From the NCBI GenBank assembly GCA_946499835.1, contig CAMMTJ010000005.1, forward strand, positions 930-64,929: a DNA stretch of 64,000 nt. Reading direction: 5' to 3'. Origin of the DNA: an uncultured Bacillota bacterium (GTDB taxonomy: Bacteria; Bacillota; Clostridia; Christensenellales; UBA1242). The position numbers and the translations under genes were made by a program. The notes beneath the pieces are model-generated. The model ran no database searches. It worked only from the letters and a program-made list of their open reading frames with translations, and was not told where the DNA came from. Below are positions 9,361-20,020 of the stretch, piece by piece. Positions within the stretch are counted from its first letter, which is position 1, and each line of letters opens with the position of its first letter.

Positions 9361-10804
9361 ATCTTTTCATCCTCTCATAAAAATCTTGCAAAACAATGTT
9401 TTGGTCAACTTGATAAATAATTGTTGCTTTATCTTTTCCTTTGAAAACAATGTGGGTGTTGTTCATTTTTGCATGACATTTCATTTGGTCAAAAATGACA
9501 GGGCGACTGAGATAAAATGGAACAACGACATCAAACATTGACTTGTATTTTATATTGCCACCAAAACGCTTGTTTGTTGCTTCGAAGTCTTTCGCAAGCA
9601 CTTTGAAAAGACTGCTCTTTTTTGCACGTTTTTGCAAATCTTCCTTTGTTATGACAAGGTTTTGCCCTGTGCAGATAGGGAAAATTGTTTTGTCTTTTAT
9701 GCATTTGAAAACTTTTCTGGTTGCAACAAGATTGGTTGACATATTTGTTTCAGGGCCAATACCATTTGGCATAAGAACGCCCATAAGTGAAAAGAGTTTG
9801 ATTTTGTCTGCAATGTCAGGTGCAATCGTCAGGGCATAGGCAAGGTTGACAGGCGCGCCGATTGAAATGAAGATGACTTTTTCATGTTTGCGACAGATTT
9901 CAATGATTTTTTTGACAGCCTCAGAAGTCTCTTGTTTGCCATAGCCAAGAAGTTGAGTTTGTCCTCTGTAAATCTTTTTGAGAAGTTTTGGTTTGCACAT
10001 TGAAACGAGTTGTTTTGTTTTTTCAAAAGATCTTTCCACATCTTTTTCTATATCCACATCAGGTATGCGTATTCCATAGTGCAAAGCAACGGTTATTGCC
10101 TCAATTTTTGCTTTATCAAAAGTGAGAAGATATGGCAGGGCAAGTTCGTCATCAATCTCATTTGTCATATCGGTGTCAAAGATGATTGGATAGCGTTCTA
10201 TCAAAACTTTTGTGCCTGCCTTTTTGCGTATAATATCATAGACTTCTTCCCAAGAGTCAATTGCTCTGTGGAAACGTTCGTTCCATCGATAGGCTGGTTT
10301 TTGAATTGCAAAAACGCCATTCTCTTCTGCTGACACACAGTGGTCTGCGCGGTCGTCAATAAAGATGTCCACATTGAGTTTTTTGAGAGTTGGGCCTTTC
10401 ACATTTTTACCAAGCACCAGTTTGTCATAAGGCACGTCATGTTCTTTAAGCCATGTGAGAGTCTGCGCCTTTGTTGAAAGTTTATCAAATGTGCGTGCGC
10501 TGACAAAATAAATTTTGTGCCCATCTTTTTTCAATAATCTTATCAGTTGGAGCGCGTTGTTGATAGGACGGAGGTCAGGTATAACAAAGCCGATCGCGTC
10601 TTCGTGGAAGGTGTCCGATTCTTCTTTTGACCAACCGAACATTCCTTGCGAAATGTATTTGTAATGATCGACAAAACCTTTTTTGTGGACTGATCTTTGT
10701 TTGTCAAAAACTTGTGCAAAAGCAACAAGTTGATGACCAAACCTTGCAATAGTGTCATCGATGTCAAATGCGATAATGAGTTGTTTCTTTTTTCCGTCAG
10801 TCAT
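9335..10804 (-). CDS. Fusion of an NT5C-like HAD nucleotidase and an inosine/uridine nucleoside hydrolase-like domain
   Basis: N-half has AFDIDDT, FVSAR and FIDD; C-half has FDTDMTNEIDD, SIGAPVNLA and ETN. Confidence 0.8.
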   Translation of the reverse strand: MTDGKKKQLIIAFDIDDTIARFGHQLVAFAQVFDKQRSVHKKGFVDHYKYISQGMFGWSKEESDTFHEDAIGFVIPDLRPINNALQLIRLLKKDGHKIYFVSARTFDKLSTKAQTLTWLKEHDVPYDKLVLGKNVKGPTLKKLNVDIFIDDRADHCVSAEENGVFAIQKPAYRWNERFHRAIDSWEEVYDIIRKKAGTKVLIERYPIIFDTDMTNEIDDELALPYLLTFDKAKIEAITVALHYGIRIPDVDIEKDVERSFEKTKQLVSMCKPKLLKKIYRGQTQLLGYGKQETSEAVKKIIEICRKHEKVIFISIGAPVNLAYALTIAPDIADKIKLFSLMGVLMPNGIGPETNMSTNLVATRKVFKCIKDKTIFPICTGQNLVITKEDLQKRAKKSSLFKVLAKDFEATNKRFGGNIKYKSMFDVVVPFYLSRPVIFDQMKCHAKMNNTHIVFKGKDKATIIYQVDQNIVLQDFYERMKRYEDKDNRK

Positions 10805-10896
10805 TTTTTTCTCCGTGCAGTTTAAGAAAATTGTATCAAAAAGTTTTCATTTTGCAAAACAAAAAAAGGTTTGCAAAGAGGTTGCAAACCAAAAAA

Positions 10897-11454
10897 CTAT
10901 TTTTCCTCCTTTTTCTCTTCTGTCACAAGGACAGCCTCTTTTGCATTTTGTTTTTGAAGTTCTTCCAAAATTTGTGCAAGAAGTTCTTCCTGTGTTGGTT
11001 TTGGTGGTGGAGGTGGAGTTTTGTTTTCTTCACGAAGACGGGCAGTTTCTGCAATCACAACTTTGTGGTCTTTCATATTTACGCCACGCTCTTTCAAAAT
11101 CTTTTTCTCTGCCTTTGTTGGCTGTTCAGACAAAGTTCTCTTGAAAGCATTGCTGGCATTCATCACAACCCTTAAAATAAGAAAGAGAATAAAGGCAACA
11201 AGTAAAAAATCTATGATTGCTTGGATAAATTTGCCATAGAAAATTTGGGCTCCATTGACCACGAAATACAAATCATCAACAGTTGCAGTGCCAAATATTG
11301 CGCAAACAAAAGGCATAATAAGATCATTGACAAGGCTATTGACAATTTTGGTGAAAGCAGTTCCAACAACGAGAGCGACAGCGAGGTCAAGGACATTGCC
11401 ACGACTGATAAACTTTTTGAAATCCTTAAAGAAATTTGAAATGCGTTTTTTCAT
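10897..11454 (-). CDS. mscL: Large-conductance mechanosensitive channel
   Basis: FKKFISRGNVLDLAVALVVGTAF, YGKFI, EELLAQI. Confidence 0.95.
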   Translation of the reverse strand: MKKRISNFFKDFKKFISRGNVLDLAVALVVGTAFTKIVNSLVNDLIMPFVCAIFGTATVDDLYFVVNGAQIFYGKFIQAIIDFLLVAFILFLILRVVMNASNAFKRTLSEQPTKAEKKILKERGVNMKDHKVVIAETARLREENKTPPPPPKPTQEELLAQILEELQKQNAKEAVLVTEEKKEEK

Positions 11455-11567
11455 AACAACTCCTTTTTTTAAGTTGTATATCTTTTCTCAAAATTTGTCA
11501 AATAAAAAAAGATGCAAAACACCATTTGCATCAAATAAAAAGACTTTCGTTGGTTGAAACAACTTGC

Positions 11568-12203
11568 TTATAAATTGTTTATTATCGATTTTACTTCGTC
11601 GAGTAGTTTGCCAATAAGCGAGCCATCAATGGCAGCATGATTGACTTGAATAGAAACGTTTACCCAGCGCTGACACTTTTCATTTATTTTCATTTTGTCA
11701 AAACTAATATGCGGAATGAAAGAGTTGCGTTGCACGTCTTGTGGATGAGTGATGTGTGAAAACTCAAACCAAGGAGTGCAAGACATATAGGCGATCACTT
11801 GACTTTTTCTTGCGCCAGAAGGCATAGGCTCAAGAAAAGTTTTTTGAGATTGCATTTTCTTTTTTGTCTCTTTGCAAAACTTTTCAATGTCTGGATAATA
11901 TTTGCTGTTGACTATTTTGAAAATATCTTCACCTTGTTTCATCACGCAAAGGTTGGCAAACTTACCATCCTCAACAACAATCTTGCCATTGATTGAGCGT
12001 ATCATAAATTCTTCAATTTTCAAAAGCGCGGTATAAAACACATGACTCAGACAGAAGTAGAAAGACAAGCCTTTCGACTCTGCAAAGTTATAAACCTTTG
12101 TCACTTCAAGTGGCGTGCAAAGTGAGATTTGAGGGATGTCAAATTGGTAGTATAAATTGAAGATATCCTTGCGTTCCCATGTTTCCAAATCAATTTCTTT
12201 CAT
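11568..12203 (-). CDS. Type A chloramphenicol acetyltransferase-like protein
   Basis: IDLETWERK, SCTPWFEFS, QVNHAAIDG catalytic motif. Confidence 0.85.
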   Translation of the reverse strand: MKEIDLETWERKDIFNLYYQFDIPQISLCTPLEVTKVYNFAESKGLSFYFCLSHVFYTALLKIEEFMIRSINGKIVVEDGKFANLCVMKQGEDIFKIVNSKYYPDIEKFCKETKKKMQSQKTFLEPMPSGARKSQVIAYMSCTPWFEFSHITHPQDVQRNSFIPHISFDKMKINEKCQRWVNVSIQVNHAAIDGSLIGKLLDEVKSIINNL

Positions 12204-12287
12204 ACGCAATTCCTTTTAATAAATCATTTATACAACAAAAACAAAAATTTTCAAAGTGTTTTGACAAGGGAAAAGGAAAAGGCAAAT

Positions 12288-12567
12288 TCAATCCGAAGGC
12301 TGACCGAAGCGCAGTCACAAAAACCGTCTTCTTTGCGTTTTCCTCATTGTTTTAAGTCGCGACCAACGCGAAGTGTAACAAGAGTTGCGTCTGGTCGCGA
12401 GAGAGGTGAAAACAAATGCACAGTCACACAAAAAAATCTTCTTTGAATCTTCTTCATTGCAAACTCACAATAAATGCGGAAGCATTTTTGTGAAGAGAGA
12501 AAAAACAAGCGCCACCGTCTTGCCGAGGACAAAGTCCGCAGGCTGACCGAAGCGCAGTTTTTTCTCT
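12288..12567 (-). repeat. tRNA-3'-associated modular hairpin repeat, copy 2 (modules A, B, C and a partial A)
   Basis: Directly after the tRNA-Leu CCA; module C (tcgcgacca...ttggtcgcga) recurs at ~42853-42945. Confidence 0.85.
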
Positions 12568-12650
<83 letters not shown>

Positions 12651-12801
12651 AAGAGCATAGTCACATTATACAAGCAAATCTCAAATTTTGCAAGTCGATT
12701 TTGTTCTTGTTTTTCAAAATTATCTTTCCCGCCTCTTTATTCTTGCGTAAAAGTTATTTTTTTGCTATACTATTTCAAAGTGTGGAGGCAAACAAAAGAT
12801 T

Positions 12802-13539
12802 ATGGAAAACTTTCAAGAAAAAGATATGTCAGCCCAAAACGCTGAAAAAAAGAAAAAGTTGAAAAGAGATTTGCAAATTTCTGGGATTGTCATTGGACTT
12901 GCCGGACTTGCGATGTTTGTTTCTTGTTTTGTTTGGTTTGTGCTTATGGCGACAGAGATTGAAAGCACGCGTGCTCAGAAAATTTTGCCTATGATTCTTT
13001 TCTTGCTTGGGCTTGTGCTGTGTTTTGTGGGCGCAATTTTATCATCATATGCAAAACGTGGAAATGCAGAAGAAAGGCATGAGCAAAGTGATGGCTCATT
13101 TGAAGAAAAACTCAGACAAAACAGACTGAGAGAAAAGAGAAGAAAACCAAAACTTGGAGAAATCTCTCTTAAAAAACTTGGGGATGTTTATGGAGACAAG
13201 GCAGAAGATACCACTCCTGAACAAGAGATTGTGGAGAGCAAGGTAGAGCAGTTGCAAGAGCAAATTGAGGAGTTGGAAGAAAAACTTGAACAGACAGATA
13301 TGACAACTCAGATGCAAGAAAAGACAGGAGTGCAACTCAACTTTGATGAAGAAAAGATTGAAGATGAAGGCAAGATTGTGCTTGGGCATCCAGATATTGA
13401 ACCATTGAAAGTTGATTCTCCTCAAATATCACAGGTGGAGATTGATAAGCCTGATATGGGTGAGATTGTTGTTGAAAGAGGACAGAACGGTCAAGACAAA
13501 ACAACTGAGATAGAAAAAAAGATAAGAGGTGAAAAATGA
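12802..13539 (+). CDS. Hypothetical membrane protein (two TM helices, acidic coiled-coil tail)
   Basis: Two hydrophobic segments then an E/Q-rich region; RBS present. Confidence 0.7.
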   Translation: MENFQEKDMSAQNAEKKKKLKRDLQISGIVIGLAGLAMFVSCFVWFVLMATEIESTRAQKILPMILFLLGLVLCFVGAILSSYAKRGNAEERHEQSDGSFEEKLRQNRLREKRRKPKLGEISLKKLGDVYGDKAEDTTPEQEIVESKVEQLQEQIEELEEKLEQTDMTTQMQEKTGVQLNFDEEKIEDEGKIVLGHPDIEPLKVDSPQISQVEIDKPDMGEIVVERGQNGQDKTTEIEKKIRGEK

Positions 13540-14327
13540 AAAAGATTGCACTTGTCACAGGGGCTTCATCTGGAATGGGAAGAGAGTTTGTCAGAGAGAT
13601 TGACTCTCTTGGTCTTGATGAGATTTGGGGAATTGCAATGAATAAAGACAAACTTGAAAAGGTGAAAAGTGAAACAAAAACACCGTTCAAAGTATTTGCG
13701 TTTGACCTTACAAAAGATGAAAGCATAAAGGCTTTGCAAGAAAAACTGGAAAAAGAAAAGCCAGAGATAAGATATCTTGTCAACGCTTCTGGTTTTGGCA
13801 AGTTTGGAAGATATGATGAGATTGAAATTTCACAGTCAGCAAACATGATTGACCTCAACTGTAAGGCTCTCGTTGAGGTTACAGAGCACGCTCTTCCATA
13901 TATGAGTGAGGGTGCAAGAATTTTGCAAATTGCCTCTGTGGCAGGCTTTCAACCAACGCCATATATCAATGTCTATGCCGCAACAAAGGCATTTGTGGTG
14001 TCATATTCAAGAGCACTTAATGTTGAACTTAAAAGCAGAAAAATTTCAGTCACATGCGTATGTCCTTTCTGGACAAAGACACCATTTTTTGACAGAGCAA
14101 CAGCCATTAAGACAGACAGAGATGTTATCACAAAGTTTGTCGCTATGTATAAGCCGGAAGATGTTGTGCACAAAGCCATGAAAGATGCAAGAAAAAGAAA
14201 AGAACTTTCAATTTGTGGCTTTATTGCAAGAAGTCAAGTTAGGCTTGTGAGCATGCTTCCAAAGAAACTGGTTATGAAAGTTTGGTGCGGACAACAAAAG
14301 TTCGACAAAAAATACAAAAATAAATAA
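13536..14327 (+). CDS. Short-chain dehydrogenase/reductase
   Basis: TGASSGMG, LVNASG, YAATK. Confidence 0.93.
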   Translation: MKKIALVTGASSGMGREFVREIDSLGLDEIWGIAMNKDKLEKVKSETKTPFKVFAFDLTKDESIKALQEKLEKEKPEIRYLVNASGFGKFGRYDEIEISQSANMIDLNCKALVEVTEHALPYMSEGARILQIASVAGFQPTPYINVYAATKAFVVSYSRALNVELKSRKISVTCVCPFWTKTPFFDRATAIKTDRDVITKFVAMYKPEDVVHKAMKDARKRKELSICGFIARSQVRLVSMLPKKLVMKVWCGQQKFDKKYKNK

Positions 14328-14399
14328 AAAATTTTAGGCGCTAATCAAGAATAAAAAGCCTTTCCTTAAACAAACTAAAAGTGTTTTAAGGAGAGAGTT

Positions 14400-15041
14400 A
14401 TGCAAAAACTTTTGTTTTTATTTATGATAGCGCCTATTATATTATGTTCTCAGGCAGGACTTTTGCCTGACATATTTGGTGAGGCGCAAATGGTCAAAGT
14501 TTACAATGATGGACAGGAAATAGTGATGAGTGAAGAGTCAAAGGCTGAGTTTGACACTCTTTTTGTTGAAGCGCTTGTTGGAGCAAGGCAAATGCCAGCC
14601 TTTGGTGTGTCAATTCACAAACTGACTTGTGAAGAACTTAAAAGCGGAATATGGGTTAAGTTTGTCTATGAGCAAACTATGGAAGCGAGCGGAATGCCTT
14701 TTGACGAACTGCTTGTTCATGTGCAAAAAGATATGCATGGTGTCAACATAATCAGGGGAAATGGTGGCACCTATAATGGAAGATGTTTCTATCTTGACCT
14801 AGATGGAACTCTTGACAAAGTTTATGATTTTCTTGCAAATCTTGAAAATGAAGAGCAGACAATAGAAGTGGAACTTGAAAAGGGAGAAGAAAAAGAGACA
14901 GTCATTGTCAACGAGCCAAGTGAAGAAAAGGGCAAAGATGACGAGGGCGGAGCGCAAGAGAACGATGTTGAAGGCGGAGGCGATGACAAAGAGAAGGCGG
15001 AGGAGGCTCTTCTTGAAAAGGTCTCTCAGTTTGACGAGTGA
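14400..15041 (+). CDS. Hypothetical exported protein with acidic tail
   Basis: Signal-peptide-like N-terminus; RBS. Confidence 0.65.
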   Translation: MQKLLFLFMIAPIILCSQAGLLPDIFGEAQMVKVYNDGQEIVMSEESKAEFDTLFVEALVGARQMPAFGVSIHKLTCEELKSGIWVKFVYEQTMEASGMPFDELLVHVQKDMHGVNIIRGNGGTYNGRCFYLDLDGTLDKVYDFLANLENEEQTIEVELEKGEEKETVIVNEPSEEKGKDDEGGAQENDVEGGGDDKEKAEEALLEKVSQFDE

Positions 15042-15145
15042 AAAACGGAAAAATTTTTTCGTTTTTTTTGAGTAACTGGTATGAAACATTTGCTTTATAA
15101 AAAAGTATTATGATATAATGTCAATGCTAAAAACGGAGGAGAAAA

Positions 15146-17407
15146 ATGACAAAAGAAATTGACAAAAATGACATTGCATGGAAAGGCTTCAAAGGTGAAG
15201 ACTGGAAAAGCCAAATCAATGTTTCAGACTTCATTTTGAAAAACTATACCGAATATCGTGGAGACGACTCTTTCCTTGCTGGCATCAGTGCCAAGACAAA
15301 GAAGGTTTGGTCAAAATGTGAAAAACTTTTGGCTCTTGAAAGAAAAAAAGGACTTTTGGATGTTGAACTTAAAATCATGTCCGGCATCAACACTTTCAAG
15401 CCAGGATATATTGACAAGAGAAATGAGGTGGTTGTTGGACTTCAAACAGACAAGCCTCTCAAAAGAATTGTCAACCCATATGGTGGAATCAGAATGGCAA
15501 TGCAGGCTCTTGCTGCTTATGGCAAACACATGGATCCTGCTATGGAGAAAATTTTCACATCAGGCATGAGAAAAACACACAACGACGGTGTTTTCGATGC
15601 TTACACACCTGACATTCGTGCCGCAAGAAGTGCAGGACTTTTGACAGGACTTCCAGATGCTTATGGCAGAGGAAGAATTATTGGTGATTATAGACGTGTT
15701 GCTCTTTACGGAATTGATCGTCTTATTGAAGAGAAGAAAAAAGATCTTCTTCTCCCTCAAATGCTTGACGTTTCAACAGAAGAGGGCATCAGACATCGTG
15801 AAGAACTCTCTGAACAAATCAGAGCACTTGAACAAATCAAGGCTATGGCAAAAGGTTATGGCTATGACATTTCAAAGCCTGCAACAAATGCTCGTGAGGC
15901 TTTCCAATGGACATATTTTGCATACCTTGCAGCAGTAAAAGAAAATAATGGTGCAGCAATGAGTCTTGGAAGAGTTTCAACCTTCCTTGATATCTATGTT
16001 GAAAGAGATATGAAAAAAGGCTTGCTTGATGAGGTGGGCGCACAAGAACTTGTTGACCAATTCACAATCAAACTTCGTCTTGTTCGTCACCTTCGCACAC
16101 CTGAGTATGATGAAATCTTCGCAGGTGACCCAACTTGGGTAACTGAAAGTATAGCCGGTATGGCAGACGACAAGAAGAGTCTTGTCACAAAAAACTCTTT
16201 CAGATTCTTGCACTGCCTCATCAATCTCGACAGTTCACCAGAGCCTAACCTCACAGTGCTTTGGTCAACTCGTTTGCCAGAAAACTTCAAAAAATATTGC
16301 GCAAAGATCTCAATTCTCACCGATTCAATTCAGTATGAAAGCGATGATGTTATGCGTCCAATTTATGGCAATGACTATGCGATTGCGTGTTGCGTATCTG
16401 CAATGAAAGTTGGAAAACAAATGCAATTTTTTGGTGCAAGATGCAACTTGGCGAAATCTCTTCTTTACTCAATCAACGAGGGCAGAGATGAAAAGAGTGG
16501 CAAACTTGTTGTTGCTGGCGTTGCAAAGATGAGCGGAAAAGTGCTTGATTATGAAAAAGTGAAAAAGGCATATTTTGCCACACTTGACAAAGTTGCAAAA
16601 ACTTATGTTGATGCAATGAACATCATTCACTATATGCACGACAAATATGCATATGAAGCAGGACAAATGGCACTTCATGACACAAATGTTGAAAGACTTA
16701 TGGCATTTGGTATGGCTGGTCTTTCAGTTGCGGCAGATTCACTTTCTGCAATCAAGTATGCAAAGGTTGAACCTATCCGCAATGAGCAAGGCATCGCTGT
16801 TGACTTCAAAGTTGAAGGCGATTTCCCTAAATATGGAAATGATGATGATCGTGTTGACGAAATCGCAGTTGAGATTGTCAAACACTTTATTGCAGCACTT
16901 AAAAAGCACAAACTTTATCGTGGTGCAATCCATACACTTTCTGCCCTTACAATCACATCAAATGTTATGTATGGCAAAAAGACAGGAAACACACCTGATG
17001 GAAGAAAGGCAGGATGTGCATTTGCCCCTGGTGCAAACCCAATGCACGGAAGAGACTGCTCTGGCGCACTTGCATCTCTCAACTCAGTAGCAAAAATTCC
17101 TTATGCTGACTGCTGTCAAGACGGAATTTCAAACACATTCTCAATCATTCCAAACGCGCTTGGTCATGATATGAAATCAAGAGTGAAAAACCTTGTTTCA
17201 ATCCTTGACGGCTATTTCATTCAAGGCGCACAACATATCAATGTCAATGTGCTTGACAGAGAAAAACTTGTTGATGCTATGAATCACCCAGAAAAATATC
17301 CAACACTCACAATCAGAGTTTCAGGATATGCAGTAAACTTTGTCAAACTTTCTCGTGCACACCAAGAGGAAGTTATCGCCAGAACTTTCCATGAGAGGAT
17401 AAAATAA
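15146..17407 (+). CDS. pflB: Pyruvate formate-lyase
   Basis: [24 protein letters not shown] catalytic Cys pair, TIRVSGYAV glycyl-radical motif. Confidence 0.98.
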   Translation: MTKEIDKNDIAWKGFKGEDWKSQINVSDFILKNYTEYRGDDSFLAGISAKTKKVWSKCEKLLALERKKGLLDVELKIMSGINTFKPGYIDKRNEVVVGLQTDKPLKRIVNPYGGIRMAMQALAAYGKHMDPAMEKIFTSGMRKTHNDGVFDAYTPDIRAARSAGLLTGLPDAYGRGRIIGDYRRVALYGIDRLIEEKKKDLLLPQMLDVSTEEGIRHREELSEQIRALEQIKAMAKGYGYDISKPATNAREAFQWTYFAYLAAVKENNGAAMSLGRVSTFLDIYVERDMKKGLLDEVGAQELVDQFTIKLRLVRHLRTPEYDEIFAGDPTWVTESIAGMADDKKSLVTKNSFRFLHCLINLDSSPEPNLTVLWSTRLPENFKKYCAKISILTDSIQYESDDVMRPIYGNDYAIACCVSAMKVGKQMQFFGARCNLAKSLLYSINEGRDEKSGKLVVAGVAKMSGKVLDYEKVKKAYFATLDKVAKTYVDAMNIIHYMHDKYAYEAGQMALHDTNVERLMAFGMAGLSVAADSLSAIKYAKVEPIRNEQGIAVDFKVEGDFPKYGNDDDRVDEIAVEIVKHFIAALKKHKLYRGAIHTLSALTITSNVMYGKKTGNTPDGRKAGCAFAPGANPMHGRDCSGALASLNSVAKIPYADCCQDGISNTFSIIPNALGHDMKSRVKNLVSILDGYFIQGAQHINVNVLDREKLVDAMNHPEKYPTLTIRVSGYAVNFVKLSRAHQEEVIARTFHERIK

Positions 17408-18750
17408 TGGAGCAATTTCTTCAAAAGATAGATTCTTGGCAAAGAAATGTGTTTATATTTGACTTTGACGGGACTTTGCTTAACAGTGAGCCCTGTCATT
17501 TTCTTTCACACAAAAAAGTTATTGAAGGGCTTTTTCCTGAAAGAACATTCACAAGAGAAGATTTTCAACACTTTGTTGGGAAAAGAGATGTGGATATATA
17601 TCAAGAGATTTCCACATGGGGAAAAATTGATAAAGAAAAAGCAATAAAAGACAAACAAAAATTTTCATTGCAGATGTTGAAGAAAAAAGATGTGAAGATT
17701 TTTGATTATTTTCATTCAATAACAAAACTTTTCCCAGACGCTCACTATATCATTGCATCAAATCAAGATGAAAATACCATCAGGCAGGTCTTGAAAAGCA
17801 AAAAGATAGAAGATAAGTTTGAAAAAATATATTCTATGGACACTTTGAAAATAAAAAAGGACCAATTTTTGAAAGAGGTGAAGAGTTGCACATCTTTTTC
17901 ACCAAAAGAGATTGTTCTGTTTGAAGATTCCATTTCAATTTTGGCTCTTGGAAAAAGTCTTGGCATGAAAAGCGTTGGAATAAAAAATGACATAAACAAA
18001 GACCTTAAATTTGACTGTGACCTAGTGATTGATTGCACAAAAAAAGATGTGCTGGGCAAAGTCAACAGTGTTGAGTCAATGGGATTGGTTGATGGGCCAG
18101 GCATAAGATATGTTGTCTTTTTGCAAGGTTGCATGCTTCGTTGCAAATATTGTCACAATCCAGAGACTTGGGAAATTGATGGAAAAAGTGAACTTATCAG
18201 TGCAAAAAAACTTGTGGACAAGGCTGAAAAATTCAAAGCTTATTATGGTGAAGAGGGTGGCATGACTTTTTCAGGAGGAGAACCGCTTTTGCAACCACAA
18301 TTCTTGCTGGAATGTTTGAAAGAGTGCAAAGCAAGAGGCATAAACACAGCGCTTGATACGGCAGGCGTGGGCTTTGGTGACTATGATGAAATTTTGGACT
18401 ATGTCGATCTTGTTATACTGGACATCAAGGCGGTTGACAAAGATGAATATAAAGATCTCACTGGACAGCCAATGGATAGGTTTGAAACCTTTTTGGCTCA
18501 GGCGATCAAAAAGAAAAAACGTTTTTGGCTCAGGCAAGTCATTGTCCCAGGAATAAATGATGACGAAAAGCACGTCAAAGCACTCAAAAAGTTTGCGGAT
18601 GGTGTGCCAAATGTGGAAAAGGTGGAACTTTTGCCATACAAGACAATAGGCGTCATGAAATATAAAGATCTTGGCATAAAATATCGTCTTGAAGGCGTGC
18701 CTGACATGGATGAAGAAAAATGTGACAAACTTGCATTGCTCTTAAAATAA
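17407..18750 (+). CDS. pflA: HAD phosphatase domain fused to PFL-activating enzyme
   Basis: N-half has FDFDGTL and FEDS; C-half has DGPGIRYVVFLQGCMLRCKYCHNPETW and SGGEP. Confidence 0.9.
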   Translation: MEQFLQKIDSWQRNVFIFDFDGTLLNSEPCHFLSHKKVIEGLFPERTFTREDFQHFVGKRDVDIYQEISTWGKIDKEKAIKDKQKFSLQMLKKKDVKIFDYFHSITKLFPDAHYIIASNQDENTIRQVLKSKKIEDKFEKIYSMDTLKIKKDQFLKEVKSCTSFSPKEIVLFEDSISILALGKSLGMKSVGIKNDINKDLKFDCDLVIDCTKKDVLGKVNSVESMGLVDGPGIRYVVFLQGCMLRCKYCHNPETWEIDGKSELISAKKLVDKAEKFKAYYGEEGGMTFSGGEPLLQPQFLLECLKECKARGINTALDTAGVGFGDYDEILDYVDLVILDIKAVDKDEYKDLTGQPMDRFETFLAQAIKKKKRFWLRQVIVPGINDDEKHVKALKKFADGVPNVEKVELLPYKTIGVMKYKDLGIKYRLEGVPDMDEEKCDKLALLLK

Positions 18751-18784
18751 AAAACGGCGGATGCCGTTTTTTTGTTCAAAAATT

Positions 18785-19414
18785 TTATGATGGCGAATAA
18801 ATCACAGTAAAAGTTTGATAAAAGGAAATACTTTCACATGAAAAGGTTATTGTGCCAGAGGTGTGAGAAGTCAGGAAAATGTTTGAAAGTATTTTGGTGA
18901 ATGTGATTCCAGATGAAGAAATTGTCACATCAAGTCCGGTGACAGAACTTCCGTCATCGCCTACAAAAGAGTAAGAAAATTGAGCGCCATCGGTGTACGT
19001 GATTATTCCATCAGAATAAGAACAATTTTCAATCGGCACGATATTGATTGAATAGACATCGTTGACAACGACGGTTAGACTTGCCGTGCGGGCCATTCCC
19101 TCATAAGTTGCAGTTATCGTTATGGTGGTCTCACCAGCACTGACACCCAAGATGCGAGAAGAAACAATGCGTGCAATTGAAGGATCAGAACTTTCAAAAG
19201 TTATGCTTGCATCATCTATTGAACATGAATAAGGGACGGCAACCACACTTCCAACCTCAATAGTAATGTCCGATGCAGACAAAGTGAAATCTTGTGGCGA
19301 ACTTGTCTTCTTCGGTGGCAATAAGAACAATAAAAGGATGGCAACAATGCCACCAACAAACAATATACAATTTGTCACAACAATTGCAACTTTACTTTTA
19401 CTCATCTTTTGCAT
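18785..19414 (-). CDS. Membrane-anchored Ig-like (Big_2-type) protein
   Basis: N-terminal TM helix; FESSDPSIARI...GVSAGETTITITA. Confidence 0.7.
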   Translation of the reverse strand: MQKMSKSKVAIVVTNCILFVGGIVAILLLFLLPPKKTSSPQDFTLSASDITIEVGSVVAVPYSCSIDDASITFESSDPSIARIVSSRILGVSAGETTITITATYEGMARTASLTVVVNDVYSINIVPIENCSYSDGIITYTDGAQFSYSFVGDDGSSVTGLDVTISSSGITFTKILSNIFLTSHTSGTITFSCESISFYQTFTVIYSPS

Positions 19415-19445
19415 AAACCAATTTTATATAAAACTCAAATAAAAA

Positions 19446-19691
19446 TCAATAACTGCCTTCGATATCGCGTGATTTGAACAAAGGGTCATTGTAAAAGTCA
19501 TAAATGGTCATGTCAAGTGCTTCGCAAATGTCAAGAATAGTCCTTGCCCCAGTATTTTTGCTTTGTCCATACAATATTGAAGAAATAGTAGAAGAAGAAA
19601 ATCCTGCCATAGAGGCAAGTTTGTTGATTGACAAACCTCTTTCTTTGCATAAAGATAAAATTCTTTTTGAAATCGCTTCTTCCAATTTCAC
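19446..19691 (-). CDS. XRE-family HTH regulator
   Basis: RILSLCKERGLSINKLA...STISSI...ICEALDMTIYDFY. Confidence 0.88.
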   Translation of the reverse strand: MKLEEAISKRILSLCKERGLSINKLASMAGFSSSTISSILYGQSKNTGARTILDICEALDMTIYDFYNDPLFKSRDIEGSY

Positions 19692-19802
19692 AGCGTCACC
19701 TCATGATATATCGTAAACAATTTTAACAAACTTACTCTAAAAACATTGACGATATATAGTAAACGTATGTAAAACTACAAGTATAAACTAATAAAAAAAC
19801 GC

Positions 19803-20020
19803 GAAGTTTATCACTTCGCTTTGTTTTTTTTGGTAGCAGCAACTGGGACCTTACCCCTATGCTCACTTCATTCGCATTGGGGACCCCGAATTTCACCCCT
19901 GTGCTCATTTTATTCGCACTGGGGACCAGTGGCACTGGTTCGCTCCCTTAAAAGTGCATAGTGCAATAAAAAAAGGAAGTTTATCACTTCGCTTTATTTT
20001 CTTGGTAGCAGCAACTGGGA
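19803..20020. repeat. Duplicated tRNA-Met 3' end plus terminator, enclosing two REP-like hairpins
   Basis: gaagtttatcacttcgcttt...tggtagcagcaactggga at 19803-19848 and 19976-20020; 33-bp repeats at 19853-19885 and 19895-19927. Confidence 0.8.
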
